Positions 43,914 through 53,751 of a stretch of DNA of 64,000 nucleotides are shown one piece after another. Position numbers and translations under genes: made by a program. The DNA is taken from sequence record NC_041973.1; one strand, written 5' to 3'. The notes below the pieces were generated by a model that was given only the letters and a program-made list of their open reading frames with translations, ran no database searches and was not told the DNA's origin. The first letter of the stretch is position 1; each line of letters begins with the position of its first letter.

Positions 43914-44552
43914 TTAACTGGTTAACCGTGCTTCGTAATCCGCAATGATCGTGCGTAACTGGGCAATGGTGTTGTTGGCTTCCAGCAATTGTGCATGTTC
44001 CGTTGTCCGGCGCTTAATGGCGTTCAAACGGTTCTGCTCGGCCAATCGATATTGCTCAGCCGTCACGGCATTAGTAGAAGGAGCCACCGCAATCGCAATG
44101 GTAGGTTCTATCCCGATCAAATCACTGATCGCTGCTTTAATCACATCTTGTGTTTGTTGCAATTGATCAATGATCGCCGACGGCACTGCACCCAGCGACA
44201 TCGACATGACAATGTACTGATATTGAATTGCCGAGTCATCAGGGAACTGGGTGATGTACGTACTGGGGATGTAGATCGGGGTACGGCCTACCGCGCTTAA
44301 GGTGATGATGTTCGCCGCCACCAATACATCCGCATCCATGTCCGCTTGCTTTAACCCCACCGGGGTATAGACACGCGCCAGAATGTCCACGCCTAAAGCC
44401 TGGAGCTCCTGGAAGGTACGAATGGCTTGCACGGTATAGATCACACCTGGATCAACCCGAGCAAAATCCGTGACGTTGGCCGCACCCATATACGGGGTGG
44501 CGACTTTGAACAACCCCTTCGTTAGAATGGGTGGGGTTAATGACGTTGCCAT
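43914..44552 (-). CDS. Probable virion structural protein
   Basis: GGAG RBS; co-transcribed with 44563..45876; C-terminal coiled coil. Confidence 0.7.
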   Translation of the reverse strand: MATSLTPPILTKGLFKVATPYMGAANVTDFARVDPGVIYTVQAIRTFQELQALGVDILARVYTPVGLKQADMDADVLVAANIITLSAVGRTPIYIPSTYITQFPDDSAIQYQYIVMSMSLGAVPSAIIDQLQQTQDVIKAAISDLIGIEPTIAIAVAPSTNAVTAEQYRLAEQNRLNAIKRRTTEHAQLLEANNTIAQLRTIIADYEARLTS

Positions 44553-44562
44553 GGACTACTCC

Positions 44563-45876
44563 TTATGTATACAGTGACTCAACATAAGGTTTCGCCACGA
44601 CTAAAAACTTAATGCCATTAACAGACTTCGCTGCACAGATTACACCGTCACGCACCACGCGGGAGATCTCTGATGGCAACTCACTGAACTCCGACATGGT
44701 CTCAGCGGCAATCAGCATCTGTTGCATGGCAAAGATAAACGCCTGGGTGTCTGGCGAGATACGGTCAAACTCCACATCGTCAGACGGTAGTAAGGCATAA
44801 TCCGGGTAGAGCTCTTTCAGCTTGATCTGACCGCCGCGGTTAGTCGGTTTCGCCACGCTGTAGAGTGCCAGGGATTTGTGCAATGCCGGGAAGACCTGCA
44901 GTGACGCTTTGATGTGATCGGCCGGATACCACTTCATTACCTTGGTCGGCATCTCCAGCATTGTTTCATAATCCACAACCGGCGAGTTGGTACCCGTTTC
45001 GGTGGTTTTGTTAGGAATGCTATAGGAGCGCCAGTCAGGTGCAATGACATACTCGATCGGGTTAAAAAGATCAGGGATGACCAACGCCCACTCATCTTCA
45101 CCGAACTTTGAGTTCGCCAGGATATCGGCTTTCAGCAACTCATAGATCGCATCATCGTTGTTACCGTTCTTACCGTAACCGACGATGGTGAAATATCCCG
45201 TCTGCCATTTACTGGTATTCTCTTTGTCGTAGATCTTGAATTCAATATCACGGACAAAGGTCGGCGGATTAATGCCCATGATGGCATTAATGTTCTTGGC
45301 GATATCGCCTTTCGTTACCGAATCGATTGCAGTTTTTGCTGTTGCGTAATCTTCGTGCAACACATCAATTTGGCTCAATGGGACAGGATAGTCAGCAAAG
45401 AGTTCATAGCGCGGGTAGCTCAGCTCGAACGACTCATCAGATAACCAAATCTTGATGGTGTTGTCATCGCTGCCGCTCAGTTTACCTGAGACCCATTCAG
45501 GCGCCCAGTACTTACCGTCAGTGATCATGTCACCGATTGCTAAGTTTTCCCATGACGTATCGAAGTCTGCTTTGATCTGCTGCAGCGCAATCGTCTTGTC
45601 ATTGGTGAAACGACCATCAGCAATACGTACGAGCATCCACGCCTGCAAACTAAGGATTGCCAGACTGTAAGTATTTGCTAATTGGAACGCTACGTTATTC
45701 TCATCAACTGCTGTGAAAACAAGTAGAGCAGTACCTGGTTTATCCGTGTTAGTGTACGTCCCAATATCCCGTGAAAAAGACATTGAGAGTTGCGATATTT
45801 CGCCAATGGGGTTAGTAACACCTTTCTGGTTGTTATTCAGTGACGGATACACCGAAAACCCTAAGATCGTTTTCAT
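44563..45876 (-). CDS. Conserved phiKZ-family virion structural protein
   Basis: ATG at 45876; NNQKGVTNPIGEISQLS.SF and IPDLFNPIEY segments recalled from phiKZ-like structural proteins; position next to RNase H. Confidence 0.65.
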   Translation of the reverse strand: MKTILGFSVYPSLNNNQKGVTNPIGEISQLSMSFSRDIGTYTNTDKPGTALLVFTAVDENNVAFQLANTYSLAILSLQAWMLVRIADGRFTNDKTIALQQIKADFDTSWENLAIGDMITDGKYWAPEWVSGKLSGSDDNTIKIWLSDESFELSYPRYELFADYPVPLSQIDVLHEDYATAKTAIDSVTKGDIAKNINAIMGINPPTFVRDIEFKIYDKENTSKWQTGYFTIVGYGKNGNNDDAIYELLKADILANSKFGEDEWALVIPDLFNPIEYVIAPDWRSYSIPNKTTETGTNSPVVDYETMLEMPTKVMKWYPADHIKASLQVFPALHKSLALYSVAKPTNRGGQIKLKELYPDYALLPSDDVEFDRISPDTQAFIFAMQQMLIAAETMSEFSELPSEISRVVRDGVICAAKSVNGIKFLVVAKPYVESLYT

Positions 45877-45954
45877 AGCTCGCCCTTTACATGGGATGGG
45901 ATTAAGATACATAACATTTAACACAGTGTACGAGGGCCTGTAGGGAGACGAGAC

Positions 45955-46362
45955 GTGTTGTGGTTAAAGCTATTCTTTTGGAGTCTTCCTTTCATAAAAA
46001 AGCGGTCAAAGACTTTCATGGCCGATGGAGCGACTCGTTATAATGCATCGAAAAAAGCACGGGGTTGGTTCTACGCTATTTCGATGTCATTCTTTCTATT
46101 CCTTGGCATCCTTACCTGGGGCTACCGCCAGTATGACTACCTGTCCAAACAGAACCGTCATATGACTGAAGAGATCTCCCAGCTTAAAGGTCGCATCAAC
46201 ATCTACCCTACTCTTTCTGATACAATTGAACAGAACCGTTTGTTATTGACACAAAACCATGATCTTGCAGAGGAACTCATTAAAACTCGTCAAAACAATA
46301 ACGAGTTATATAAAGAGAACCAAAAACTGCAAAGTCAGCTTGAAAAAGCATTAGGTAAATGA
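45955..46362 (+). CDS. Membrane protein with C-terminal coiled coil
   Basis: GGGAG RBS; TM helix then heptad-rich tail. Confidence 0.65.
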   Translation: MLWLKLFFWSLPFIKKRSKTFMADGATRYNASKKARGWFYAISMSFFLFLGILTWGYRQYDYLSKQNRHMTEEISQLKGRINIYPTLSDTIEQNRLLLTQNHDLAEELIKTRQNNNELYKENQKLQSQLEKALGK

Positions 46363-46436
46363 TGAACACCCGTTTTGGTAATTTATTACGTAGTTGATCA
46401 ATTATAAGAGAGATATTGTTTATTCGAGGGTGTTTC

Positions 46437-47957
46437 ATGGACAAGTTACCAAGTACCGCACTGCCAAAGGTGTCAATGGTTTTATACACCGATGGCGGTT
46501 GTCGTCAAAACATCGGAGGCTGGGGAATACATGGTTATTCCTGGCTGGTTGAAGACGATGACAAAAAGAAAAAGAAAAAGCCGGCGCGTGACGTCCCGTC
46601 AACGACTGGCTACATTGTAAAAGACGATCCGAAACTCGACAGTCGTGAAGTGGTCAGGCCCCACGAAGTGATTGAAGGGTTCGGTGGGATTTTACCTAAC
46701 ACCACAAATAACGTTGCGGAACTTACGGCAACTATTAATGGTATTGACTTAGCACTGCAGCAGAACACAGAAAAGCTCCTCGTCATCTCCGATTCCAAAT
46801 ATGTCGGCGACAATGCAAAGAACCAATTGCATCGTTGGATGAAAGCCGGCTGGAAGAAAGCGGATGGCGGGGATGTTGCCAACAAAGAGCTGTGGGAAAC
46901 CCTCAGCAGCAAACTTGATGAGCTGAAGTACCGCGGCATCTCGTTTGACATCGAATGGCTGAAAGGGCACGCGGGTCACCGTGGAAATCAGTTCGCTGAC
47001 TACATGGCAACCCGTGGTGTCTTTAAAGGCCGTGTTGGTGACGCTACCCCGTATTATCAGATCCAGGATGCCGGCGAGTACGATAAGTACAAAACTGAAC
47101 GTCCGCGCTTTGTCACGCACTCGCGCTGGTACTTCACGTTACAGACTGAAAAGTTGATGAACAAGAACGAACAGGGCTTGTACGAGTATTGCTTTGGCCA
47201 CCCAAGTAAAGGGGATGCTGATCAGCAGTACTTAGGCAAAGCGTTAGCCGACACCGCCTTTAGCGTGGTGTGGTTGAAAGCACCTGAAGAGTGTTTGGAT
47301 CTGGTTTATTCACGCACCAAAGAGATCGCTACCGACGTTTACGGTAACGCCTTCATTGGTCGCCTGGATAACATTTACAACTCATTCATTCACAAAGAGA
47401 TCATGGACTACGGCGGGTCGTTATTGCAACGTGCGAATAAGTACAACAATGACATCACCAACTGTACCGATGCTCAAGTGGTGCGTGAGTGTAACCCGCC
47501 AGGTATCTCTTACCGGGCACTGTCGAATTTAGGACAGCTTAGTAAGATCCTGAATGAATTTGTCAGCGACAGTTTACCTGCGACAACCAGGGTGGTAGAG
47601 ATTACTGACAAAATCTACCAGACCGTGAAAGGTAAGAAAGAAGATAAGCTGGCATTGCTCGGTTCGATTCGTCAAACCGACAAAGCGCTCAAGTTCGATG
47701 TACCGTGTGATGTACTCGACAAAGCGATCTCCGTCGAAGTTACAGCCACGCTTGGATTGACCTTACCCAACCGTAATACGTTAAACGGTCTTACGGAACT
47801 CAATCCAAAGGTATACCTGTTCTTGACAAAAGAGTCCGACATTGCATTTCGCTACGGATCGATTGTGGTATGCGATGAAGGGTATTGCATCATGGCCAAC
47901 GTATACGCTGACCTGCGTACGCTGTCAAAAAAGGATCTGGAGCGTTGCGGGCAGTAA
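46437..47957 (+). CDS. rnhA: Ribonuclease HI with long C-terminal extension
   Basis: LYTDGGC, TTNNVAELTA, ISDSKYV, ANKELWE, WLKGHAGHRGNQFADYMA. Confidence 0.92.
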   Translation: MDKLPSTALPKVSMVLYTDGGCRQNIGGWGIHGYSWLVEDDDKKKKKKPARDVPSTTGYIVKDDPKLDSREVVRPHEVIEGFGGILPNTTNNVAELTATINGIDLALQQNTEKLLVISDSKYVGDNAKNQLHRWMKAGWKKADGGDVANKELWETLSSKLDELKYRGISFDIEWLKGHAGHRGNQFADYMATRGVFKGRVGDATPYYQIQDAGEYDKYKTERPRFVTHSRWYFTLQTEKLMNKNEQGLYEYCFGHPSKGDADQQYLGKALADTAFSVVWLKAPEECLDLVYSRTKEIATDVYGNAFIGRLDNIYNSFIHKEIMDYGGSLLQRANKYNNDITNCTDAQVVRECNPPGISYRALSNLGQLSKILNEFVSDSLPATTRVVEITDKIYQTVKGKKEDKLALLGSIRQTDKALKFDVPCDVLDKAISVEVTATLGLTLPNRNTLNGLTELNPKVYLFLTKESDIAFRYGSIVVCDEGYCIMANVYADLRTLSKKDLERCGQ

Positions 47958-47967
47958 AGGGTGACTT

Positions 47968-48324
47968 GTGACCACGTTATTCGCCGGTGCACCAACCAAG
48001 CTTCCGATGATGGACCTGTCTGCGATCATTGATCCAGATAAGGATATCGAGTCTCGGCTTAAACGGAAACTGTTATTAACTTTCGTTTGTCATTGTCGAC
48101 GTCCTCGTGCGAGTGCAGATGAGCTTAACCGCACACATGCGCTATGCGAGGATTCGGCAGACGTTGAGCAGTGTCTTGATTACATCTCGCGCATGGGTCC
48201 TGAGTTCAGTGAAGCTTACGATGGTGTTGATCTTGAATGTGTGATGGATATCATCGGGCGTACGCCTGAATGGCTCCGTTACGGATCTGCTATTGAAATG
48301 TGGACAGACCTCAAGCAGTTGTAG
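47968..48324 (+). CDS. Hypothetical protein
   Basis: AAGGGTG RBS, GTG start; ends at terminator. Confidence 0.65.
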   Translation: MTTLFAGAPTKLPMMDLSAIIDPDKDIESRLKRKLLLTFVCHCRRPRASADELNRTHALCEDSADVEQCLDYISRMGPEFSEAYDGVDLECVMDIIGRTPEWLRYGSAIEMWTDLKQL

Positions 48325-48375
48325 GGCATAAGAGGAGGGCGTGAGCCCTCCTCTACTTTATGCTGCTTTTTTTTT
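48325..48375. terminator. Bidirectional terminator
   Basis: GGCATA-AGAGGAGGGC-GTGA-GCCCTCCTCT-AC-TTTATGCTGC-T-run. Confidence 0.9.
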
Positions 48376-49171
48376 ATTTGACTTCTTTTGCCAACTTCAC
48401 TGCAGTGTTGTTCAGTGCCGTTCCTGTTGAAATGAACAGGGTATGACAAACACTATAGAGATCAGCCGCACGGGCCGTAGACAGCAGCGTCTTCGCCAGG
48501 TTGTCGATATCAGCCTTACTGAGTACCAGTTCGCCAGACTCAATCTGACTGAAGACCAGATCAGACAGTTCCGCCACGCGTTTCACCGCCAGGTTGAAGT
48601 GGTAGATCTGCCCACGCTTTAACATCGCCACGAGCTTATTAAAGTCAGTGTAGACGTTGGTGAATTCCGTCAGGTTCGGGAAACGGGCGGCGAAGCTGAT
48701 ATCAGTGACATCTTTTCCACCCAGCGATTTACCCAACATCGCTTCCACTTTACCCAGGATAGCCTTGTCCACGTTCGGGGCGTACGCCACACTGGCATTA
48801 CCCGCAGAGACACCCGCGAGCCAGGAGTGCAGCTTACTGATGTGGGTCGACTCCAGCATGGTGCAGAAAGCCCGGGCAGTGGCCAGGTTCTCAACCCATT
48901 CCTGATAGCTGACATTCAGACGCGCCGGTTGATAGATCATGCGATCCATGAAGTCGGTGTAGTTGTGAGATGCCAGCGCTTTGGATAACGGGCTGAGGTC
49001 AGCGGTGATCAGATCCTGTGCAGCACCATACGCACGATCACTGAAGAACTTCTTAATACCATCAAAGAAGTTGCGGATGGGGGCAATAATGTTTAATGCT
49101 TCGAGGCCGGCACCGGTTGACTCACGCAGTTCCTGGTAGTCGGCTTCGAGGTTTTCAATGTTGTACGACAT
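48374..49171 (-). CDS. Probable head/virion protein with short cleaved propeptide
   Basis: GGAG RBS; acidic N-terminus ending GAGLE-A; adjacent to uvsX as in phiKZ-like genomes. Confidence 0.7.
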   Translation of the reverse strand: MSYNIENLEADYQELRESTGAGLEALNIIAPIRNFFDGIKKFFSDRAYGAAQDLITADLSPLSKALASHNYTDFMDRMIYQPARLNVSYQEWVENLATARAFCTMLESTHISKLHSWLAGVSAGNASVAYAPNVDKAILGKVEAMLGKSLGGKDVTDISFAARFPNLTEFTNVYTDFNKLVAMLKRGQIYHFNLAVKRVAELSDLVFSQIESGELVLSKADIDNLAKTLLSTARAADLYSVCHTLFISTGTALNNTAVKLAKEVK

Positions 49172-49252
49172 ATGTACTCCGTGAGATAAAAGTAATCTGT
49201 TACATAAGATGACTTATTATGAAGGTATTATTAATTAAAAGGACCGCACACA

Positions 49253-50638
49253 ATGTTGTCATTCGGTGAATTTGTTGAGAAGTCACGCCCTATTCGACCT
49301 TTCTTGAATATCGGCGCGGGCTTTGATATCCCAACCGGTAGCTATCGTTTCGGTAAGCACGGTGAATCTATTCTTAATGGTGGTCTGGCGCCATTCATTG
49401 CGATCGTTGGTAAAGGCAACACCTTTAAAACAGCGATCGGTTGTTTCATGATGACCCGCGTGCTGGAGCGCTACAATAACTCTAACGGTCTCCACTACGA
49501 TACCGAGTGTACGTTCAGTGCCGATCGTCTTACCAGTCTTACCAGTCGTCTGGGTCCGAATGCTGCTGCAGAGTGGCTGGCCAACGAACGTATCTACCTG
49601 ACTGATGACTCCATCATTAAAGGTAACCAGTGGTTTAAGAAATCGGTGCAGGAATACTCCGAAGCGAAGAAGAAAGCCAAAATGGGCACGCTGCCGTTTG
49701 TGGATAAAGATGGGAACTTAATCCCGTATCCATACCCGACAGTCAACTTTGGCGATTCCATGTCTGAGATGAAATTCGACGATCTGGAAAAGAACTACGC
49801 CAAGATGGAAATCGGCCAGGGTGAAATGCAAACGGAAGCCATGCGTGTGTCGAATGCCAAACGCATGTTAATCGAAAAGACCCAGGGTTACGCCAACGCC
49901 GGCGGCATGTATGTCATCATGACAGCGCACTTAGGTAAAGAGCTGAACATGGACGGCAAACCACAAGAGAAGAAAACCACCTTTATGAAACAAGGTGACA
50001 AAATCTCTAAGGTGCCTTCACAGATCCTCTCTCTGCCAAACAACGCCTGGGAGATCTCTACCGGTACGGTGTTGATTGATAAGAACACCAAAGAGTGGAT
50101 GTACCCGAAACAGGGTCGTAATGACGTGGATACCAACGGTAACCCGGACATGATCACTCTGGTGGCGAAGAACCTGCGCGGGAAGAATGGTCCGTCTGGT
50201 GTGCCGTGGGAATTCGTGATGTCACAGTCTGAAGGTCTGCTGCCGTCTCTGACTGAGTTCCATTACATTAAGAACAACGGCCGTTACGGCCTGGGTGGCA
50301 ATGACCGTAATTATTATGTTGAATTGTGCCCAGATATCAAGCTGCAGCGCACCACCGTGCGTGATCGCATCGACGACAACCCTGAGTTACGTCGGGCATT
50401 AGAGATCACCATGGAGATGTGTCAGATGCGTTTCCTGTGGCACACCCGCGATCCAAAGTACAACATGACTCCTCAGGAACTGCGTGAAGGCCTGGAGAAG
50501 AAAGGGTACAAATGGGATCAGTTGCTCAACACCCGTGGGTTCTGGACGTTTGAAGAAGACAACCATCCATTACCATTCTTAAGCACAATGGATCTACTCC
50601 GCATGTATCATGATGAGTATCGCCCATACTGGCTGTAA
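49253..50638 (+). CDS. uvsX: UvsX/RecA-like recombinase
   Basis: GKGNTFKT P-loop, YDTE, DSMSE, MTAHLGK; phiKZ-type synteny with RNase H and RNAP subunit. Confidence 0.85.
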   Translation: MLSFGEFVEKSRPIRPFLNIGAGFDIPTGSYRFGKHGESILNGGLAPFIAIVGKGNTFKTAIGCFMMTRVLERYNNSNGLHYDTECTFSADRLTSLTSRLGPNAAAEWLANERIYLTDDSIIKGNQWFKKSVQEYSEAKKKAKMGTLPFVDKDGNLIPYPYPTVNFGDSMSEMKFDDLEKNYAKMEIGQGEMQTEAMRVSNAKRMLIEKTQGYANAGGMYVIMTAHLGKELNMDGKPQEKKTTFMKQGDKISKVPSQILSLPNNAWEISTGTVLIDKNTKEWMYPKQGRNDVDTNGNPDMITLVAKNLRGKNGPSGVPWEFVMSQSEGLLPSLTEFHYIKNNGRYGLGGNDRNYYVELCPDIKLQRTTVRDRIDDNPELRRALEITMEMCQMRFLWHTRDPKYNMTPQELREGLEKKGYKWDQLLNTRGFWTFEEDNHPLPFLSTMDLLRMYHDEYRPYWL

Positions 50639-50652
50639 GTGTACCCACTGTG

Positions 50653-50682
50653 GGAGAGGGTTATCCCTCTCCTTCTTATACC
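50653..50682 (+). terminator. Intrinsic terminator, TTATACC variant tail
   Basis: GGAGAGGG-TTAT-CCCTCTCC-TTCTTATACC. Confidence 0.8.
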
Positions 50683-50718
50683 GTCAGTAGAGGGAAATAA
50701 GCTAATAGGAAGCAGTAT

Positions 50719-51138
50719 ATGCTTAACAAAGAAATACGCATTGTCGTTGCGTCGACTAAAGGTTTCAACGACGCAGAGCGTTTAAAACTGACTATTGACG
50801 GCCTCCTGGAAGATATCTATTACCTCAACGAAGGGGTAGGTGATGAGGACGAGGAGTTGATCACTGATGCCAAGATCGTTTTCATCACTAATGGCGAACA
50901 CAAAACAGCGGCTGAGTTGCTGCCTGGCGTGTTGGGTGATCGGAACATCGACATCGAAGTGATCAAGGTTGATTGGTCAAAAGGTAAGAAAGCGTTTTTT
51001 GATAACTGCGCTGTATTGGGTGCGAAGTCGACCCACGGCGTCATTTTTACGGACAGCAAAGATGACGGGATGCAGACACTGCTGAAAGCATGTCTCGATG
51101 CCGGCTCACGCGTTCGTACTTATAGCTCTGCTATTTGA
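50719..51138 (+). CDS. Degenerate SLOG (YspA/DUF2493-like) protein
   Basis: RIVVASTKGFND, FITNG, IKVDWSKGKKA..N..L..THGVIF.D.KD.G pattern parallels the SLOG domain of 51629..52510. Confidence 0.6.
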   Translation: MLNKEIRIVVASTKGFNDAERLKLTIDGLLEDIYYLNEGVGDEDEELITDAKIVFITNGEHKTAAELLPGVLGDRNIDIEVIKVDWSKGKKAFFDNCAVLGAKSTHGVIFTDSKDDGMQTLLKACLDAGSRVRTYSSAI

Positions 51139-51152
51139 GAAAGGTAACCCCC

Positions 51153-51599
51153 ATGATAGCCTCAGAAGCTCACGTTAGTATACTTGACGTTAATGTCACC
51201 CACGTTATATGCACAGTTAATTGCGAAGGGCATATGGGTCGTGGCATAGCCTTGTATCTGCGTAAGTGTATTCCGGGGCTATATGAGCGGTATAAACACC
51301 TGTGCAGTTTAGGGATCATCACGGTAGACAAACTCTGGATCTACCCATCACACCCCCGTCAGATTCTCTGCTTTCCAACCAAAGATAAAACCTGGGAAGA
51401 CAGCAAGCTTGAATGGATCGAAGCCAATCTCATAAAGCTTCGTGACAACTACAAAACAAAAGGCATTGTCTCTGTGGCGATGCCTCCTCTTGGATGTGGA
51501 AACGGTAACCTAAAGTGGGATGAGGTGCGGAGCCTCATTTATGCCATCTTGGGTGATTGTGACCTTGAAGTCCACATCTGTTTAGGTAAACCGAAGTGA
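51153..51599 (+). CDS. Macrodomain protein (DarG/Appr-1''-p processing-like)
   Basis: TVNCEGHMGRGIA, FPTK..W, AMPPLGCGNGNLKW.EV. Confidence 0.9.
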   Translation: MIASEAHVSILDVNVTHVICTVNCEGHMGRGIALYLRKCIPGLYERYKHLCSLGIITVDKLWIYPSHPRQILCFPTKDKTWEDSKLEWIEANLIKLRDNYKTKGIVSVAMPPLGCGNGNLKWDEVRSLIYAILGDCDLEVHICLGKPK

Positions 51600-51628
51600 G
51601 GGAAACACCCTGAATAGGAGCCAGTATT

Positions 51629-52510
51629 ATGTCTGATAACGCACGCGTTTTACCCGATCCACGCGAAGATGGCAAGACGCACATCAACGTCTATAGCCGT
51701 GGCGCTTCCTGGTTAGGACAGCAACTTTCTAATATGTCCTACTACGACTTCGCACATCCACGCTACGGCGTGTTCGCCTCGTTGGAGGGCTTCTGGTATT
51801 GGTTGTCTACGGGCAAGCAACACGAGGAGTTACGGAAGCTTGCCGGGGTCAAAGCGAAAATGACCGGCCGGGAGTTCGAGACGATCCCAAATGAAAACTT
51901 TGAAGAAGAGTTCAAAGAAGCCATGCGTTTGCGTCTGGAGCAACACCCGATCATCGCCAATGCCCTGGCTGAATCGTTACTGCCGTTAAAGCACTACTAT
52001 TGTTACGGTGGGAAAGTGATCGACTTGTATGACCGCCACAAATGGCAAATGGACTTCTACGAGGAGTGGCGTAAAGCCAATGCCCCCGAAGACACCACCT
52101 TGGTATTGTTGATCTCTGGCTCACGTAAAGAGAAAGACTACGACGCCTTTAAGCACATCGTGATGACCTACCTGCAACCGTATATCGACAAGATAAAGGA
52201 CACGTACAAAATCACCCTGCTTTCGGGGCTCGCCTGGGAAGGTCCCGATGACATGGCAATTCGTCTGTGTCGGGAAGAAGGCTTCATGTTGATTGGTCTG
52301 CCGGCTAAGTGGAAAGAGCAAGGCAAAGCCGCGGGCATGATCCGCAATGGTGCCATGGGGCGGTTGTGTAACAAGGCTTTGGTGTTCTGGGATGGCGAGT
52401 CACCGGGGACAAAAGGGATGATTGATTACCTGAAGAAAAATACTATAGACCATCTTGTGTATTTACACGGTAAACATGAACCTGACTGGAAAGCCCCGGA
52501 GACATCATGA
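51629..52510 (+). CDS. NADAR-like domain fused to SLOG (YspA-like) domain
   Basis: N: HINVYSRG..LSN..F.SLEGFWY..AK..G..LRLEQHP; C: ISGSR, SGLAWEGPD.MA, W..GKAAG.IRN..M, ALVFWDGESPGTK.MI. Confidence 0.75.
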   Translation: MSDNARVLPDPREDGKTHINVYSRGASWLGQQLSNMSYYDFAHPRYGVFASLEGFWYWLSTGKQHEELRKLAGVKAKMTGREFETIPNENFEEEFKEAMRLRLEQHPIIANALAESLLPLKHYYCYGGKVIDLYDRHKWQMDFYEEWRKANAPEDTTLVLLISGSRKEKDYDAFKHIVMTYLQPYIDKIKDTYKITLLSGLAWEGPDDMAIRLCREEGFMLIGLPAKWKEQGKAAGMIRNGAMGRLCNKALVFWDGESPGTKGMIDYLKKNTIDHLVYLHGKHEPDWKAPETS

Positions 52511-53181
52511 CCCCAGCACGCGAACAGACCCAGCAATTTGTGATCGAGGCTATTGCTGAGATTCTCCCCGGTTCTAAGAACCGGGATATCTATATCGACT
52601 TCTTCTCGCGGTTGAGCGATGAGGCGTTTGATGCCCTGATGCAGCGGATGGATGAAGACCAGGAGATCTTCCCCTTCTACCATCCGAACTTTACCGGCAC
52701 GGTAATTGATGTTGAACGTGTGATCAAGTTAATTGAAAAGCACGGCGACACCATCATGGAGCAGCTCTGGGATATCGACCCGGAAACCGGACTGCAGTAC
52801 CTGACTCCATTGAAGTATCCGGTGCTGTTACTTCCGCTGCGTATTCAGCAGCAGAAGCTGCAGAAGAAGATGTCGATTCCAAAAGACAACAACCACATCG
52901 ACGATCTGACTAACCAGCCCACCACCGAATCCAAAGGGGCTTCTTTGTCTTACCCGGAAGTGCAGATCATCTATGCCATGGGTGGTGACAAGATTCTGGA
53001 AGAGACCATGAAGGTCCGTGGTGGTGATGAGAAGGCGTTTCGTGATTACAATAACGAAATCATTGCAAGCGGCGGTGTCACCATTGGTGCAATCAGCAGC
53101 AGCAAGACCAAGGTGAAGTCCACCAAAACCGTGCAAGTGATTCTTGAGGCCATGCACCTGAGCAACAACCTGGCCAGTTAA
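52507..53181 (+). CDS. Virion RNA polymerase beta subunit, C-terminal fragment (phiKZ gp149-like)
   Basis: LTNQPT.ESKG..S.PE..A.G..LEE.MKVRGGD aligns with RpoB C-terminal TQQP..GEME..L.E..KSDD; synteny with uvsX. Confidence 0.8.
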   Translation: MTPAREQTQQFVIEAIAEILPGSKNRDIYIDFFSRLSDEAFDALMQRMDEDQEIFPFYHPNFTGTVIDVERVIKLIEKHGDTIMEQLWDIDPETGLQYLTPLKYPVLLLPLRIQQQKLQKKMSIPKDNNHIDDLTNQPTTESKGASLSYPEVQIIYAMGGDKILEETMKVRGGDEKAFRDYNNEIIASGGVTIGAISSSKTKVKSTKTVQVILEAMHLSNNLAS

Positions 53182-53190
53182 GGATGCAAC

Positions 53191-53751
53191 ATGAGTAGCT
53201 TGATAAACAACCTGACCGGTAAAAACAAAGTTGAGTTCAGCCCGATTGATCTTGACAGTGAAGTCGAGCGGGTTGTCTCTGAGTATGTCGGTACATACTT
53301 ACGCAACCGTATCTTTCTGGCAGCACAATCGAAGATACCGGTGAATGAAGACCCAGGGTATCTGCAGATTGTAAACTTCTTGGCGTTGGTGAACATGGAG
53401 TTCAACCATATGCGCATGTGGTCTACGTCCGACATGACCAATACCGTCTGGCCGCAGATCGTTGAAGATGAGTATGTGTTGCGCTTTGTGTTTAAAGGCA
53501 CTACCCATGTCAGTGTGCGGTGCTTTGATGGCGATGTACCCTTTCAGAAACTGGTCGACCATGTGGCCGGTTCTCTAAGCTGCATGTCGCACGGCGGAAA
53601 TGAAATCATCGCAGCAGCGTTAACCCAGGTCCTGCCACGCAATGACGAACTGGTTGAGCTCTTTACCGGTAACCAGTGGTCGTTGTTCATTTATTACCTG
53701 ACGCGCATTAACATCATTGAGATTGTGACCAATTCGGGAGGTAGCGTATAA
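53191..53751 (+). CDS. Hypothetical protein
   Basis: AAGGA RBS; core-region operon. Confidence 0.75.
   Translation: MSSLINNLTGKNKVEFSPIDLDSEVERVVSEYVGTYLRNRIFLAAQSKIPVNEDPGYLQIVNFLALVNMEFNHMRMWSTSDMTNTVWPQIVEDEYVLRFVFKGTTHVSVRCFDGDVPFQKLVDHVAGSLSCMSHGGNEIIAAALTQVLPRNDELVELFTGNQWSLFIYYLTRINIIEIVTNSGGSV

Noticed and set aside
45955-46362. Spanin or holin call
   Set aside because: TM plus coiled coil fits, but no overlapping o-spanin lipoprotein or adjacent endolysin; left as hypothetical
975-49225. phiKZ-type late promoters (TATG) before virion genes, e.g. near 979, 19347, 19940, 36990 (minus), 49217
   Set aside because: A 4-mer in AT-rich spacers is not distinguishable from chance without TSS data
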